NCBI GenBank assembly: GCA_963796105.1
Contig: CAWCKJ010000013.1
Coordinates: 1-64,000 of the forward strand
Source of the DNA: a candidate division FCPU426 bacterium
Lineage (GTDB): Bacteria; Oederibacteriota; Muellerivitia; Muellerivitales; Muellerivitaceae
Direction of reading: 5' to 3'
DNA: 64,000 nt
In this document: piece by piece, positions 41,876 through 53,290 of the stretch
How the letters are laid out: each line of letters begins with the position of its first letter
How positions within the stretch are numbered: the first letter of the stretch is position 1
Notes under the pieces: generated by a model
Seen by the model: only the letters and a program-made list of their open reading frames with translations
Told to the model about the DNA's origin: nothing
Database searches by the model: none
Translations under genes and position numbers: made by a program

Positions 41876-43138
41876 GTGAAAATCAATTTCAATAAAATCC
41901 GAAGTAAAACCGAAGCGCTCTTTCGTAAAATCGGGGCAATGGCCGAAAAAAGGGGTGAGTTCGCATATGCGGTCGGTGGCTTTGTCCGGGATTTATTCCT
42001 TGGTAAACCTGTCATGGACATCGACATTGTGGTAGAGGGGGACGGCGTTACCTTTGCCGAGGAGCTGGCGCGTCGGACGGGATCCGGTGTGGAGGCTTTT
42101 ACCCGGTTTGGCACTTCCATTGTGGTTATTCCGGGCTTCGGCAAGGTGGATGTGGCCACCGCGCGAACGGAAAGTTACGAGAAACCGGGGGCTCTGCCCG
42201 CTGTCAAATGGGGTGGCATCTTCCAAGATCTCTACCGCAGGGATTTCACCATTAACGCCATGGCGCTTAGCTTGATGCCTGGTTATTTTTTAAGGCTTAT
42301 CGATCCCTTCGGGGGAATGAAAGATCTCAAGAATGGAAGAGTCAGGGCCCTGCATGGTAAGAGTTTCCAGGACGATCCAACCCGAATCTTCAGGGCGGTG
42401 CGTTTTGAGCAACGATTTGGAAAGCAAATTGAGAAAAAAACGAAGGAATGGCTCATTGCGGCGGTTAAAGGAAATTTTATTAAAAAAGTATCAGGCGAGC
42501 GGCTTCGTAACGAATTAAGACTCATTTTCCTGGAGCCCAAGCCTGAAAAAGCGGTCCGAAGACTGGATGAACTAGGAGTATTGCCCCATGTCCATCAGGC
42601 ATTGGGTGTTTCTGAACGGGGTCAAAAAGCCCTTCCGCATTTGGCGGAGGCCCTCGATTTTTTCAAGAAAAGCGGAATGCCCATCGACCATGAGAACATG
42701 GTCTGGTTCCAGGCCCTTTTGAGGACCCAGAGGGAGAAACAAGCCCTTTCACTCTCGAGGCGTCTCGCCCTCTCCCGCATCGAGCATAAGATTGTAATGC
42801 AATCCGTCAGGGCTCAACCAGACTATCTTATAAAACTGGATGTGAAAGCCATTGCCGTCAGCCAAATGTATAAGCTGCTTTGCCCCTTGAGGCCTGAAGT
42901 CCAATGTTTCCTGCTGGCCGCGGCCTCGATGAGGCTCCGCAATAAACTCCGGGCCTATTTCCGAAAAATTCGGCATTCATTACCTTGGGTCAGGGGCAGG
43001 GATTTGCAAGAACTTGGAATTACTCCCGGGTTCCGCTATTCCTATATCCTGCTGGAGTCCTTGAACAAACAATTGGATGGGAAATTCAAGAATCGGTCAC
43101 AAACCATTCAATGGGTGAAATCAACATTTGTTGGCTGA
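41876..43138 (+). CDS. CCA-adding enzyme / poly(A) polymerase family nucleotidyltransferase
   Basis: VGGFVRD, DIDIVV, DLYRRDFTINAMA, DDPTRIFRAVRF. Confidence 0.92.
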   Translation: MKINFNKIRSKTEALFRKIGAMAEKRGEFAYAVGGFVRDLFLGKPVMDIDIVVEGDGVTFAEELARRTGSGVEAFTRFGTSIVVIPGFGKVDVATARTESYEKPGALPAVKWGGIFQDLYRRDFTINAMALSLMPGYFLRLIDPFGGMKDLKNGRVRALHGKSFQDDPTRIFRAVRFEQRFGKQIEKKTKEWLIAAVKGNFIKKVSGERLRNELRLIFLEPKPEKAVRRLDELGVLPHVHQALGVSERGQKALPHLAEALDFFKKSGMPIDHENMVWFQALLRTQREKQALSLSRRLALSRIEHKIVMQSVRAQPDYLIKLDVKAIAVSQMYKLLCPLRPEVQCFLLAAASMRLRNKLRAYFRKIRHSLPWVRGRDLQELGITPGFRYSYILLESLNKQLDGKFKNRSQTIQWVKSTFVG

Positions 43139-43236
43139 GTTGTTGAACGGGGTTTTGGATTGGGTTAAAGTTATTGTCTTGTTGAGGAATCATGTAATCA
43201 AAAGGTTATCTCGCTTAAACACTTTGAGGCCAAAGT

Positions 43237-43917
43237 ATGGATGAAACTAAAATTCTCCACATCGTTCTGGATTTCGGCATTTTACTTTTTTCTTTGTGCT
43301 TGCATGAGTTTGGGCACGCCTTAATGGCCAACAGGCTGGGAGACCCCACTCCCCGCATGCTGGGCCGGCTTACCTTGGACCCCCGGGCCCATATGGACCC
43401 TTTTGGCACGGTTTTGTTTCCACTTCTCGGCCTCACTTTCCCCAATCTGTTGATTTTCGGCTGGGCTAAACCCGTGCCGATTACGCCGGAAAATTTCCGA
43501 AATCCCCGGAAGGACGGAGCCCTCGTGGCCTTCGCGGGGCCCTTGGCCAATATGATTCTATTTCTTTTTTCCTTATTGGGCTTATTTCTCATGGACCGCT
43601 TGGGTTTGGAGGGAGGAAATGAATCGGCAAGGTACGTGTTGACTGGATTTCTTAAAAATTTTTTTTGGATTAACTTTGCCCTCGCTGTTTTCAATCTGAT
43701 CCCGATTTTTCCGCTGGATGGTTCTTGGATCGTCAAAGCCATTCTTCCCAACCGTTGGGCTTACGCCTATTCTCGGGTGGACCGCTATGGTGCGGCAATC
43801 CTATTTGCCGGTTTTTTTCTGGGCTGGATTAACTGGCTATTTGCCCCCTTGGTGGGTGGTTTATATTTAATATTGGACTTCGCTGGTTTGGGCCATCTGG
43901 CCGGTTTAATTAGTTAA
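43237..43917 (+). CDS. Site-2 protease (M50 family)
   Basis: HEFGH, AGPLAN, FNLIPIFPLDG. Confidence 0.93.
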   Translation: MDETKILHIVLDFGILLFSLCLHEFGHALMANRLGDPTPRMLGRLTLDPRAHMDPFGTVLFPLLGLTFPNLLIFGWAKPVPITPENFRNPRKDGALVAFAGPLANMILFLFSLLGLFLMDRLGLEGGNESARYVLTGFLKNFFWINFALAVFNLIPIFPLDGSWIVKAILPNRWAYAYSRVDRYGAAILFAGFFLGWINWLFAPLVGGLYLILDFAGLGHLAGLIS

Positions 43918-43964
43918 TCATAAAGTGATTTGAAAAGTCGAATATCCATTTAAAGGTGGTTTGA

Positions 43965-44987
43965 TTGAAATCGATCACGCCGGTTCGATATCTTTCGGGC
44001 GTCCAACCCAGCGGCAGGCTCCACTTAGGCAATTATTTCGGCGCCACCCGCAACCATATCCAGCTTCAAAACCAGGGAGAATGCCTTTATTTCATCGCCA
44101 ATTACCATTCCTTGACCACGATCAAGGACCCCGCGCTGCTGAAAAAATACACATTCATGGTGGCCGCGGATTACTTGGCCCTAGGCTTGGATCCCCAAAA
44201 AGCCTTGCTTTTCCGTCAAAGCGACGTTCCGGAGGTCGCCGAATTGGCTTGGATTCTGAGTACCGTGACGGGGATGGGACTTTTGGAGAGGGCCCACGCT
44301 TACAAGGACAAGCTGGCCAAGGGGTTCGCCCCCAGCGTTGGTTTATTCTTTTATCCCGTGCTGATGGCGGCTGATATCCTCATTTACCAAAGCGACAAGG
44401 TGCCCGTGGGCCAAGACCAAATCCAACATATTGAAATGACCAGGGACATGGCTGGCTATTTCAACCATACCTTCCAAAAGGACGTCTTTAAAATACCAGA
44501 GGGAATTTTGGGCGAGGCTCCCAAGGTTGTCGGCCTGACGGGCGGCAAAATGAGCAAAAGCGATGAGGCCAGCATGATCCCCATCTTTGGGGACGCCGCC
44601 GAGATCAAGAAAAAGGTCATGGGAATCGTCACCGACTCCAAAGGCGTGGAGGAACCGAAGGATCCGGATCAGAACGTGATATATCTCCTATACAAACTGA
44701 TGGCCACTCCCGGGGAATGCTCTGATATGGAGAAAGGCTTCCGGGAGGGGGGAATGGGCTACGGCGAGGCCAAGAAAAGGCTCGCGGCGAAACTCGAGGA
44801 GACGTTTGGCGGGGAGGTCCGGGAACGAAGATGGATATTGGACCGGGAGCCCGAACGAGTAGAGGAGGCGCTCATGGATGGGGCCTTGCGCGCCAGGAGG
44901 ATGGCTTCCGCCACGCTGGAACAAGTTTATGAAGCCGTCGGCATCCCCTCCTCCCGGGTTAAAAAGGAAATAATGAATATTAGGTAA
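43965..44987 (+). CDS. trpS: Tryptophanyl-tRNA synthetase
   Basis: SGVQPSGRLHLGNY, YPVLMAADIL, VPVGQDQ, KMSKS. Confidence 0.97.
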   Translation: MKSITPVRYLSGVQPSGRLHLGNYFGATRNHIQLQNQGECLYFIANYHSLTTIKDPALLKKYTFMVAADYLALGLDPQKALLFRQSDVPEVAELAWILSTVTGMGLLERAHAYKDKLAKGFAPSVGLFFYPVLMAADILIYQSDKVPVGQDQIQHIEMTRDMAGYFNHTFQKDVFKIPEGILGEAPKVVGLTGGKMSKSDEASMIPIFGDAAEIKKKVMGIVTDSKGVEEPKDPDQNVIYLLYKLMATPGECSDMEKGFREGGMGYGEAKKRLAAKLEETFGGEVRERRWILDREPERVEEALMDGALRARRMASATLEQVYEAVGIPSSRVKKEIMNIR

Positions 44988-45058
44988 TCATCGGAAAACG
45001 GTTTAAGATTGTGGTAAGCGGAAGAGAAAGTATTTTTTTATTTTCAATCGAGGCGGGA

Positions 45059-45910
45059 ATGAGCGAAAACGAGGAAAACATCGGAGAGGGAGAAAGCCCC
45101 GTCTCAATCGAAGTCTCCCCCAGCATCACATCAGTGACAATCAAGGAAATACTCCATCCGGAGGATCAAAGGGCGACCTACCAGATCACCCTTCCCCATT
45201 TCGACGGGCCCATGGATCTTCTCCTTCATCTGATCAAGGAGCACGAACTCGATATTTACGACATTCCCATCTCCAGGATCACGCGCGAGTACCTGGCTTA
45301 CCTGGAATTAATGCGGGCCCTTAACCTGGAGATGGCAGGCGATTTCCTGGTCATGGCCTCCACCCTCATGCACATCAAGAGCCGTATGCTTCTGCCGGTG
45401 GATCCCTCGCCAGACCAGCCCGAGGAGGACCCCCGGCTGGATCTGATGCGCCGCCTGATCGAGTACAAGAAATTCAAGGACGCCGCAGGACAGTTATCAA
45501 GCCTGGAAAAGGACCGATTCCACCTGTTGCCCCGCACGGTGCCTTCGGATTTCAAGGAGGTGGGGGAGGAGGAGCATCTTCAAGAAGTCAGCCTCTTCGG
45601 TCTTTTATCGGCCTTCAAGGACGTCCTCATCCATTCCCAGGAGGATGTCTCGGCGGAAATCACCCGGCCTGAAATCACCGTGAGCCAAAAGATCAACGAT
45701 TTAATGGATCTGCTGCAGGCGAACCCCCACATGATTTTCCGGCCATTCCTGGAGGCCTGCAGGACGAAAATCGAGAAAATAACCTCTCTTCTGGCCTTGC
45801 TGGAGTTGATTCGCCTTAAGCTGGTCAAGGCGGTGCAACATAAGGTTTTCGGGGAAATAGAAATTATTTTGCTTCAGCAACAAATCCCCGAAAATCCGGA
45901 AACCTCCTAA
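45059..45910 (+). CDS. scpA: Segregation and condensation protein A
   Basis: FDGPMDLLLHLI...DIYDIPI, LVMASTL..IKSRMLLP. Confidence 0.95.
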   Translation: MSENEENIGEGESPVSIEVSPSITSVTIKEILHPEDQRATYQITLPHFDGPMDLLLHLIKEHELDIYDIPISRITREYLAYLELMRALNLEMAGDFLVMASTLMHIKSRMLLPVDPSPDQPEEDPRLDLMRRLIEYKKFKDAAGQLSSLEKDRFHLLPRTVPSDFKEVGEEEHLQEVSLFGLLSAFKDVLIHSQEDVSAEITRPEITVSQKINDLMDLLQANPHMIFRPFLEACRTKIEKITSLLALLELIRLKLVKAVQHKVFGEIEIILLQQQIPENPETS

Positions 45911-46099
45911 GAAAGGAATGGGACCGCGGAACGGCTAAAGCCGGGCATTGTTTCCGGTGCTTTCGGTATTTAATGGATTGCTTGAATTTATCCCAAAGAT
46001 TGCCGTCCAGGCATTTGATCAAGGTGAAAAATTCAATTTATCTTTCGCTCTTTGGGGCTCTGTGGTAAAAAGAATGACTTTTACAGGAGAATGGGTTTA

Positions 46100-46841
46100 A
46101 TGGAATTTGAAAAACTTAAAAAAGTCCTCGAGAGTCTTCTCTTTGTCAGTGAGATCCCCCTATCCGTGAAAAAGGTCTCTTCCTTTTTAAAAGAATCCTC
46201 GGAGCCCGAGATTCTGGAGGCCTTCAAGGGCCTTCAAGCGGAAATCAACGGACTGGACCGAAGCTTCCAGCTTATTGAGATCGCGGAAGGGTACCAATTT
46301 GTGACCCGGTCCCAATACCACCCATTCGCGAAGGAATTGTACAAAGTCATTTCCAAGACCCGCCTTTCCAAGGCCGCCTTGGAAGCGTTAGCCATCATCG
46401 CTTACAAACAACCAGTGACTCGGGCCGAGGTGGAAGCCATCCGGGGGGTGGAGGTCAGCAACCTCATCCAATCCCTTTTGGAAAAAAGAATGATCCGAAT
46501 CCTGGGACGTTCCGAGACCCCGGGACGTCCCCTTCTTTACGGGACTACCCATGAGTTTCTGGTCCATTTCGGCTTAAAGGGATCTGATGGATTTGCCGAA
46601 AATCTCGGAAATCCAGGAACTGGCCGGGGACCGGCCTTCCCCCGAATTTCTCAAGGAAATGGAAGGGGAGCTGCGCAGGAGGGAAACCAAACTGGGTCTG
46701 CCGCATGCATTGGAAGCGGAGGCCGCCGCCGGTGAGGCGCAAGGCGAAAGCTCTGTGGGGCCGGGTCAACCTAATAAATCGGGCGCGGACCAGGACACTT
46801 CACAGGAAAATCCAGCGGAAAATGAATTAGCGGGCGAATAA
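46100..46841 (+). CDS. scpB: Segregation and condensation protein B; +1 frameshift at GGG 46579-46581
   Basis: LSKAALEALAIIAYKQPVTRAEVEAIRGV, PGRPLLYGTT; corrected frame gives FGLKDLMDLPKISE. Confidence 0.92.
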
Positions 46842-46926
46842 TCCTCTTTTTCCCCTATCAACAGCGCTGAATCACCCAAATAAATTATAAACTGGCATTC
46901 AATAAGCTTTCCGGAATCCGCTTTGT

Positions 46927-46955
46927 TTGACAGGCCACATCCGCTTGTTTATAGT
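46927..46955 (+). promoter_or_regulatory. Sigma70-like promoter
   Basis: TTGACA-N17-TATAGT upstream of the cyclase gene. Confidence 0.6.
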
Positions 46956-46990
46956 AAACCCACTTCCATTTATGACTGAGGGCTGCCATC

Positions 46991-48609
46991 TTGAGCACGA
47001 GTGTTCCAACCCCATTGGGGCCCCTTAAAACCAAATCCGGCGCCAAACACCATTTATTTTCCCTTAGAATCAAGTTTATCCTGGTATTGACCTTCCTGAT
47101 TTGCGGGGTCATGGGAATGGTGACTTGGTTGATCCTGGACCAGATGCGCGAAACCTTGATCCGCCAGGTCATTGAGCGGGGCGAATCCGAAGCCAGGAGC
47201 CTGGCCCTGAACAGCGTGGATCCCATGATCAAACTGTTGTCACCCACCGCAGGGCAGCCCGGCGCGGGGGGAGAGGACAGCACCTTGGTCCTTCTGCAAT
47301 TGACCCATGACGCCATGAAATTGGAATCGAACACTTCCGTGCGGAACATACCGACGGGTTTAAGCCCCTTCCAGGAAAAACTCCTTCTTTACACGAACAA
47401 GGCGGATGAATGGGTCCGCCAATTTCTGTGGCCCGATGAGTCCGAGGTGAAGAAGGGCGACATGGAGTACATCAAAATTCTGGACAAGGAAGGAAGAATC
47501 GTGGCGGATAACGACATCCAGAACGTCATGGAGCATGTCGCCTACCAATTGCCCGCCGGAACCCAGCCCTTGGGGGAAGAAACGATCCTGACTCAAGCCT
47601 TCCGGCAGGGGCCGAGGACCTATTACGATATCGCGGCGCCGATCAGCAGCATGCTCGAGGGAAAATCTTTCAAGATCGGCGAAGTGCATTTAGGCATGAA
47701 TCAAAACACCATCATCCGCGTAGTCCGGTATGTGGGAGTGGCGATCACCCTGATCACAGTGGGATTCCTACTGTTGGGGGTCCTGGGGATGACCGTTTTC
47801 GTCACCATCCTCGTCAAACCCATCCGCTTGCTGGTGAAGGGCGTCTCCGCCATCGCGGGGGGGAATTTTGACCAGAAAATAAACATCCGGCGCTCAGACG
47901 AACTGGGGGACCTCACCGAGGCCTTCAATGACATGGCTAAATCCCTCATGGAGAAGGAAGTGATCAAGGGCGCCTTCTCGAAATATGTCGCCAAAAGCGT
48001 GGTTGACCGTATCCTCCAGCAGAAAGACGGTTTGAAACTGGGGGGGAGAAAAAAATAGTGACCATCTTCTTTTCCGACATCCGGGGGTTCACGCCCATGT
48101 CGGAATCCCTGGGCCCGGAAGAAGTCGTTCATATCCTGAACGAGTATTTCAGCGCGATGGCCTCCATAATCTTCAAGTACGAGGGAACCCTCGATAAATT
48201 CATGGGAGACGCCATCATGGCCATTTACGGCGCCCCCATCGACATGCCGGACCACGCCGAGCGGGCGGTTTTCACCGCGGTTGAAATGAACGAGAAGATG
48301 AAGGAACTCCAGGCCAAGTGGAAAAGGGAGGGCAAGAAGGATGTCAATATCGGAATCGGGATCAACACGGGGGAAGTCATCATGGGGAACATCGGTTCCA
48401 ACGAACGGATGGAATATACGGCTATCGGGGATAATGTCAACTTGACCCAGCGCCTGGAGTCTGTCGCGGAAAAAGGCCAAATCCTCATCTCCGCGACGAC
48501 CTATGAAAGGGTGAAGGACAAGATTAACGCCACGATGCTGGACCCGATTAAGGTCAAGGGAAAAACCGAGAAGGTTCTCGCGTACAGCGTTCTCGGCATG
48601 AAAAGCTGA
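46991..48609 (+). CDS. Membrane HAMP-domain class III adenylate/guanylate cyclase, split by one missing base at G7/A7 48040-48055
   Basis: Two TMs, HAMP RSDELGDLTEAFNDMA; adding one G gives LGGEKKIVTIFFSDIRGFT...DKFMGDAIMA...GDNVNLTQRLE. Confidence 0.88.
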
Positions 48610-48724
48610 TCCGGGGAAACCTTAGACTTCCCTCCTGTTTTCATCCCAAAGGCGTTAGAATATGCGCTGAGAAACAGGCTGGAATAATTTTTAGGACAAA
48701 TCATCTCTCGATTGAGGAAGGTCA

Positions 48725-49981
48725 ATGGCTGACGATAAATCAATGCTGGTCAAGATGGCGTTCCTTTATGTCCAAAGCGGGGAATGGTACAGGGCGATTG
48801 AGGAGTATAAAAAACTCCTCGCGATCGATCCGGAGGACGCGCATATCTACAACATGATAGGGGACGCCTACGCCAAGAAAGAGGACCACGCCGACGCTTT
48901 CCAGGCCTATCTGAAGTCCAAGGAGATCTACGAGCGCCAGGGGATGTTCAACAAGATTCCCACCATCGAGAAGAAAATCGGCCGGTTGTCCCCGGACAGG
49001 ATGGACATAAAATTAAGGAATCTTTTCAACTCCTTCACCAAGACCCAGGCGGCCGATGGTTTGTTCGCCGAGGGAAAGTTCGAGGAGGCGGTGACATACT
49101 ACCGTCAATTGATCGCGGCTGAGCCCATTAATTTTTCCTATCGGGAGAAACTGGCGAACCTTTTCCTGGAGAACGCGCAGGTGTCGGAAGCCGCCGGGCA
49201 GCTGAAAGCCATTGCCGATATCCATCTTTCGGAGGGAAGGCTGCAACTGGCCCGGGAATACGCCAATCGAGTCTCCCTCATGGACCCGGAGGGCATGGAC
49301 ACCCTGCGTCTTCATGCCACCTTGGCTGAAAAAATGGGGGAAACGGAGAATCTTCCGAAATATCAAGGCCAATTGGCCCAGTCGGCCTACGACGCGGGCC
49401 AATACGAGGAGGCGCTCCAGGCGGTTCAAGCGGCCCTCCAAGCCGGTCGGGCGGACCTGAAACCCCTCTATGTCAAAATACTCCTGGCCCTGAAGCGGCA
49501 CAAGGACGCCAAGGCGGTTCTGGATGAGCTTTTGGCGCTTCAACCCCAGGATGAGGCCCTGCTGGAGCAGTTATATAACCTATCGGAAGACATCAAAGAC
49601 TGGACGGCGGCCAGCGGTTATTTGGGCACTTTACTGGCCTTGAAGCCCTCCGACAACAAGCTGATTTCCCGGCAGGCTAAAATTCTCCTCCAGTTGGGAA
49701 AACGCGCTGAGGGGTTCCAAATCTACATGAGCCTTTGCAACTCAGCTGTTTCGGAAAATAAAACAGATTTGGCCTTGTCCTGCCTGGATTCCATCCTGGG
49801 CCCGGAACCCGAGAATATTGACGCCCTCAAGAAGAAGGGGGAAATATACCTAAAATTGGGCAGAAAACAGGACTTGATCGAAACCTATAAGAAATTGCAA
49901 ACAGTCTTTACCCAGAAAAAAATGCCGGAGGAAGCCAAGAAAATCGCCCTGATATTAAGTAAGCTTGCCGGGCTTAAATAG
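48725..49981 (+). CDS. TPR-repeat protein
   Basis: Multiple TPR consensus helices. Confidence 0.8.
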   Translation: MADDKSMLVKMAFLYVQSGEWYRAIEEYKKLLAIDPEDAHIYNMIGDAYAKKEDHADAFQAYLKSKEIYERQGMFNKIPTIEKKIGRLSPDRMDIKLRNLFNSFTKTQAADGLFAEGKFEEAVTYYRQLIAAEPINFSYREKLANLFLENAQVSEAAGQLKAIADIHLSEGRLQLAREYANRVSLMDPEGMDTLRLHATLAEKMGETENLPKYQGQLAQSAYDAGQYEEALQAVQAALQAGRADLKPLYVKILLALKRHKDAKAVLDELLALQPQDEALLEQLYNLSEDIKDWTAASGYLGTLLALKPSDNKLISRQAKILLQLGKRAEGFQIYMSLCNSAVSENKTDLALSCLDSILGPEPENIDALKKKGEIYLKLGRKQDLIETYKKLQTVFTQKKMPEEAKKIALILSKLAGLK

Positions 49982-50052
49982 CATATAAATACGATGACAC
50001 CTATTAATTCATCCCCCGATTTCCCATTTCACCCCGGAAAACAGGCCTGGCC

Positions 50053-50343
50053 ATGACCGAAGAAATGATCAAGCAACTGAAAAATTCGGATGTGGAGTGC
50101 CTCAGGTGCGGGGCCCGCAACATTCCCGAAAACCGCATTTGTGGCGCCTGCGGGGCCAGCCTGCCCCTGGTTTACGACCAAGATGGTAATGTTTTCAACT
50201 GGCGGGGCGATCCGAGGCTGGAGAATCTTCTTCATCATGGGGCGAGTCGGCGCATATTGACCCCAAGAACGGCCGGGTGGCTCCTCAGGCTGCTGGTGAT
50301 ATTATCCGCCCTTTTTACGGCTTTCCTGATTCTTCATCATTAA
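50053..50343 (+). CDS. Zinc-ribbon membrane protein
   Basis: CLRCG...ICGACGASL and a C-terminal TM. Confidence 0.7.
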   Translation: MTEEMIKQLKNSDVECLRCGARNIPENRICGACGASLPLVYDQDGNVFNWRGDPRLENLLHHGASRRILTPRTAGWLLRLLVILSALFTAFLILHH

Positions 50344-50535
50344 TGCCTGTTATATTTTCATTCAAGGTGGTCCCGCTTTTTTCGTTCCCGAGTTTTTTCA
50401 TTGACCGGATGAAGCCCGGTTGAAACGGATGGCTTTACGGATTTATCCTTGATTTTATCCAAATTGAGAATGGATCATGTTTTGAGAGAACGGTCATTTT
50501 CCCCGCGAATATAAATAAAACTGAAAAAGGCGCTC

Positions 50536-51915
50536 ATGAAGACCCAGAATCCCCAAATAGCCGGGAAAAAAGTTTATTTAGAGACTTTCGGCTGCCAATC
50601 CAACGTCCTGGAATCGGATCATTTGGTGGAGATCCTCAGGAGCGGAAATTTCGCAATGACACCCGCCGAGGATGAGGCGGACATTATCCTTTTCAATACC
50701 TGTTCCATCCGTAGCCACGCGGAACACAAGATTTTTTCCAGGCTTGGCGAGCTGGGGGAATGGAAAAAGGGGAAAAAAGGCAGGGTCATCGGGGTCCTGG
50801 GCTGCATGGCCACGGGCCTCAAGGAAAAACTCTTCAAGAAAGCGCCCCTCCTGGACCTGGTCCTGGGGGCGGACCAATATCCCCAGGCCTCCGAGGCCAT
50901 TGACCGGGCCTCCCGGGGGGAGGGCCCCCTGCTCATGGCGGATTTCGATCCCCTTTATTTCCCCAGGAACAACCCGGAAAGAAGGGCGCTGCCCCATAAA
51001 GCCTTCCTGGAAATCATGAAGGGCTGCGATAAATTCTGCACTTTCTGCGTCGTGCCTTTCACACGGGGCAGGGAGGTTTCCAGGCCCCCGGCCGAGATCC
51101 TCGGGGAGGCCGTGGATTTGGCCTCCTCCGGCGTCAAGGAAATCATGCTTTTGGGCCAAAACGTCAATTCCTACGGATTGGGCCTTAAATCCCAGGCTGG
51201 ACCCCAATCCTTCCCCAGGCTGCTGAGGGAAGTCGGCGCCATCGCGGGACTGCAAAGGGTGCGCTTCATGACATCCCACCCCTTGGATTTATCGGATGAA
51301 TTGGTGGAGGCCATGGCCTCCACGCCCTCCATTTGCGAGATGATCCACCTTCCAGTCCAATGCGGGTCCGACGCCGTCTTGAAGCGCATGAACCGAAAAT
51401 ACAGCGTGGCGCATTATTTGGAACGGATCCAAAAGCTGAGATCGGCCATTCCGGGGCTGGCGGTCACGACTGATTTGATCGTCGGCTTTCCCGGCGAGAC
51501 GGAGGAGGATTTCAATGGCACCCTCCGGATGCTGGAGGAGGTCCGTTTCGACCTCGTTTACAGCTTCAAGTATTCCCCGAGGCCAGGGACCCCGGCCCAG
51601 CGCATGTTGAACCAGGTGGATGAGGCGCAAAAGGACGATAGGCTGGCCCGGCTGAACGACTTGGCCTGGAGGCACGCGGCCCAAAGCTGTGACACGAGGA
51701 TTGGGAAAGTGGAGGAGGTCATGGTGGAGGGCCCGGCGGACAAGACTCCCGGCGCCTATTACGGCAAGACGAGGCAGAACCGGACGGTGGTCTTTCCCGG
51801 CCAAGGCTTCCAGCCGGGGGATTTGGTTCAAGTGCGCGTGGAAAGCCACAAAGTGGCTAATTTATACGGTATAGTCGTTGGGGGTATTGCTGTTCCGGAG
51901 CGTACCAGGGCATAA
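50536..51915 (+). CDS. miaB: tRNA-2-methylthio-N6-dimethylallyladenosine synthase
   Basis: ETFGCQ, NTCSIR, GCDKFCTFCVVPFTRGRE, LLGQNVNSYG, TRAM domain. Confidence 0.95.
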   Translation: MKTQNPQIAGKKVYLETFGCQSNVLESDHLVEILRSGNFAMTPAEDEADIILFNTCSIRSHAEHKIFSRLGELGEWKKGKKGRVIGVLGCMATGLKEKLFKKAPLLDLVLGADQYPQASEAIDRASRGEGPLLMADFDPLYFPRNNPERRALPHKAFLEIMKGCDKFCTFCVVPFTRGREVSRPPAEILGEAVDLASSGVKEIMLLGQNVNSYGLGLKSQAGPQSFPRLLREVGAIAGLQRVRFMTSHPLDLSDELVEAMASTPSICEMIHLPVQCGSDAVLKRMNRKYSVAHYLERIQKLRSAIPGLAVTTDLIVGFPGETEEDFNGTLRMLEEVRFDLVYSFKYSPRPGTPAQRMLNQVDEAQKDDRLARLNDLAWRHAAQSCDTRIGKVEEVMVEGPADKTPGAYYGKTRQNRTVVFPGQGFQPGDLVQVRVESHKVANLYGIVVGGIAVPERTRA

Positions 51916-51992
51916 GCCCCGGGAGTCATTTGGCATGGGCGTCGTCCTGGTTCCATGTTACGATTATTTCCATTTCATCCCTTGGAGGAAAA

Positions 51993-53207
51993 ATGAGAAG
52001 GTTCGCGTTATTCGTTTTTTTGGCAACAGCCGGATGCTTATTCACCCGTCCGATTTACATTCAGGCCGACGACCTTGAAGGCGTGACCCAAGCCGGCGCC
52101 GAAAACGGGCAGTCCCTTTTTGACCAGGCCCAAAAATGCTTCAACGAGAAAAAATTCAAGAAAGCAAAGGATTTGCTGAACCAGGTGGTCTCGAAACATC
52201 CCCTGGAAAAATTCATCCCCCAGGCTCGCCTCCTTTTAGCGCGGCTTCAGGAGGATTTCACTGTATCCACCACCGAGTTCAAGTCCCTGGCGGCGGAATA
52301 TTCCAACCTCCCCCAGGGAGAGGAAGCCCAAAAGGACCTGGGAGTACGCTATTACCTGGCGGACCGGTATGAGGAGGCGGCGGAAAGTTACAAGGAATTC
52401 CTCCAGGATCATCCGAAAAGCGCGGACCTGGCTGAAGTGCGGTATTGGTACGGTTCCTCATTGCTGGCCCTGGACCAAAACAAGGAATCCGTGGAGCAAT
52501 TCAAAAAAGTCATCCACGACGCTCCGGACAGCGCTTGGACCCCCAAGGCCACCTTGGGCCTGGGCAACGCCTATTTCAAGATGAGGAAATACCAGGACGC
52601 AGAGAAACAGTACCTTCGGATCCTCGACCAATACCAGCTTTATGACGAGCTCAACCTGGTCTACCTGAAGCTGGGCGAGACTTACGAGGCTGAGCACCGC
52701 TGGAAAGAGGCCCAAGCGGCTTTTAAAAGCCTGATGGACCGTTATCCGAAAGCCTTCGAGGTGGCGGAAGCCCGGGACCAAATGCGGAATTTGGAGAACG
52801 AGCACCCGGAACTTTCGAGATTCCCGGACTCCCAGGCTCCCGCGGCTTCTGGCTCTGGAAATCCCGCGAATCCGTCACCGAATGGGAATTTGACCCCCTT
52901 GCCCTCGGGATCGCCCTCCACCCAGGCCCCGGAAGCCGGGACTGAAAACCCGCCCGCCCAATACAGTCCCAAGCCCTACCACGTCCAGGTGGGCGTTTAC
53001 TCTAAAAAATTCAACGTCGAGAAGGCCCGGAAGGCCCTCCGCAAAGCCGGGTTCAACGCCTATCTGATAACCGTCAAGCAGGAGGACGTGCCCTATACCA
53101 TTTATAAGGTGCGCGTAGGAAGCTTCAGCGACAAAGCCTCGGCGGAAAAAACCGCGAGAGCCGTCTCGAAAAAAATTAGGGAAAAGGCCATTGTCGTCGA
53201 GGACTGA
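51993..53207 (+). CDS. Secreted TPR + SPOR-domain protein
   Basis: Signal peptide, BamD/CpoB-like TPRs, YHVQVGVYS...YKVRVGSF SPOR. Confidence 0.85.
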   Translation: MRRFALFVFLATAGCLFTRPIYIQADDLEGVTQAGAENGQSLFDQAQKCFNEKKFKKAKDLLNQVVSKHPLEKFIPQARLLLARLQEDFTVSTTEFKSLAAEYSNLPQGEEAQKDLGVRYYLADRYEEAAESYKEFLQDHPKSADLAEVRYWYGSSLLALDQNKESVEQFKKVIHDAPDSAWTPKATLGLGNAYFKMRKYQDAEKQYLRILDQYQLYDELNLVYLKLGETYEAEHRWKEAQAAFKSLMDRYPKAFEVAEARDQMRNLENEHPELSRFPDSQAPAASGSGNPANPSPNGNLTPLPSGSPSTQAPEAGTENPPAQYSPKPYHVQVGVYSKKFNVEKARKALRKAGFNAYLITVKQEDVPYTIYKVRVGSFSDKASAEKTARAVSKKIREKAIVVED

Positions 53208-53290
53208 AACATCCGCTGGAATCGGGAACCCGGAGGCTGTCTTGGGGATGGATTCGTTGAAAAAGGGAAGTTTTATGAAAAGGCTTGAGC

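Noticed and set aside
2680..48055. Multiple frameshifts as programmed recoding or pseudogenisation (~2682, 3670, 4668, 5555, 27465, 46580, 48045)
   Set aside because: All are single-base changes in homopolymers, including one in the housekeeping gene scpB; best explained as assembly errors unless reads show otherwise
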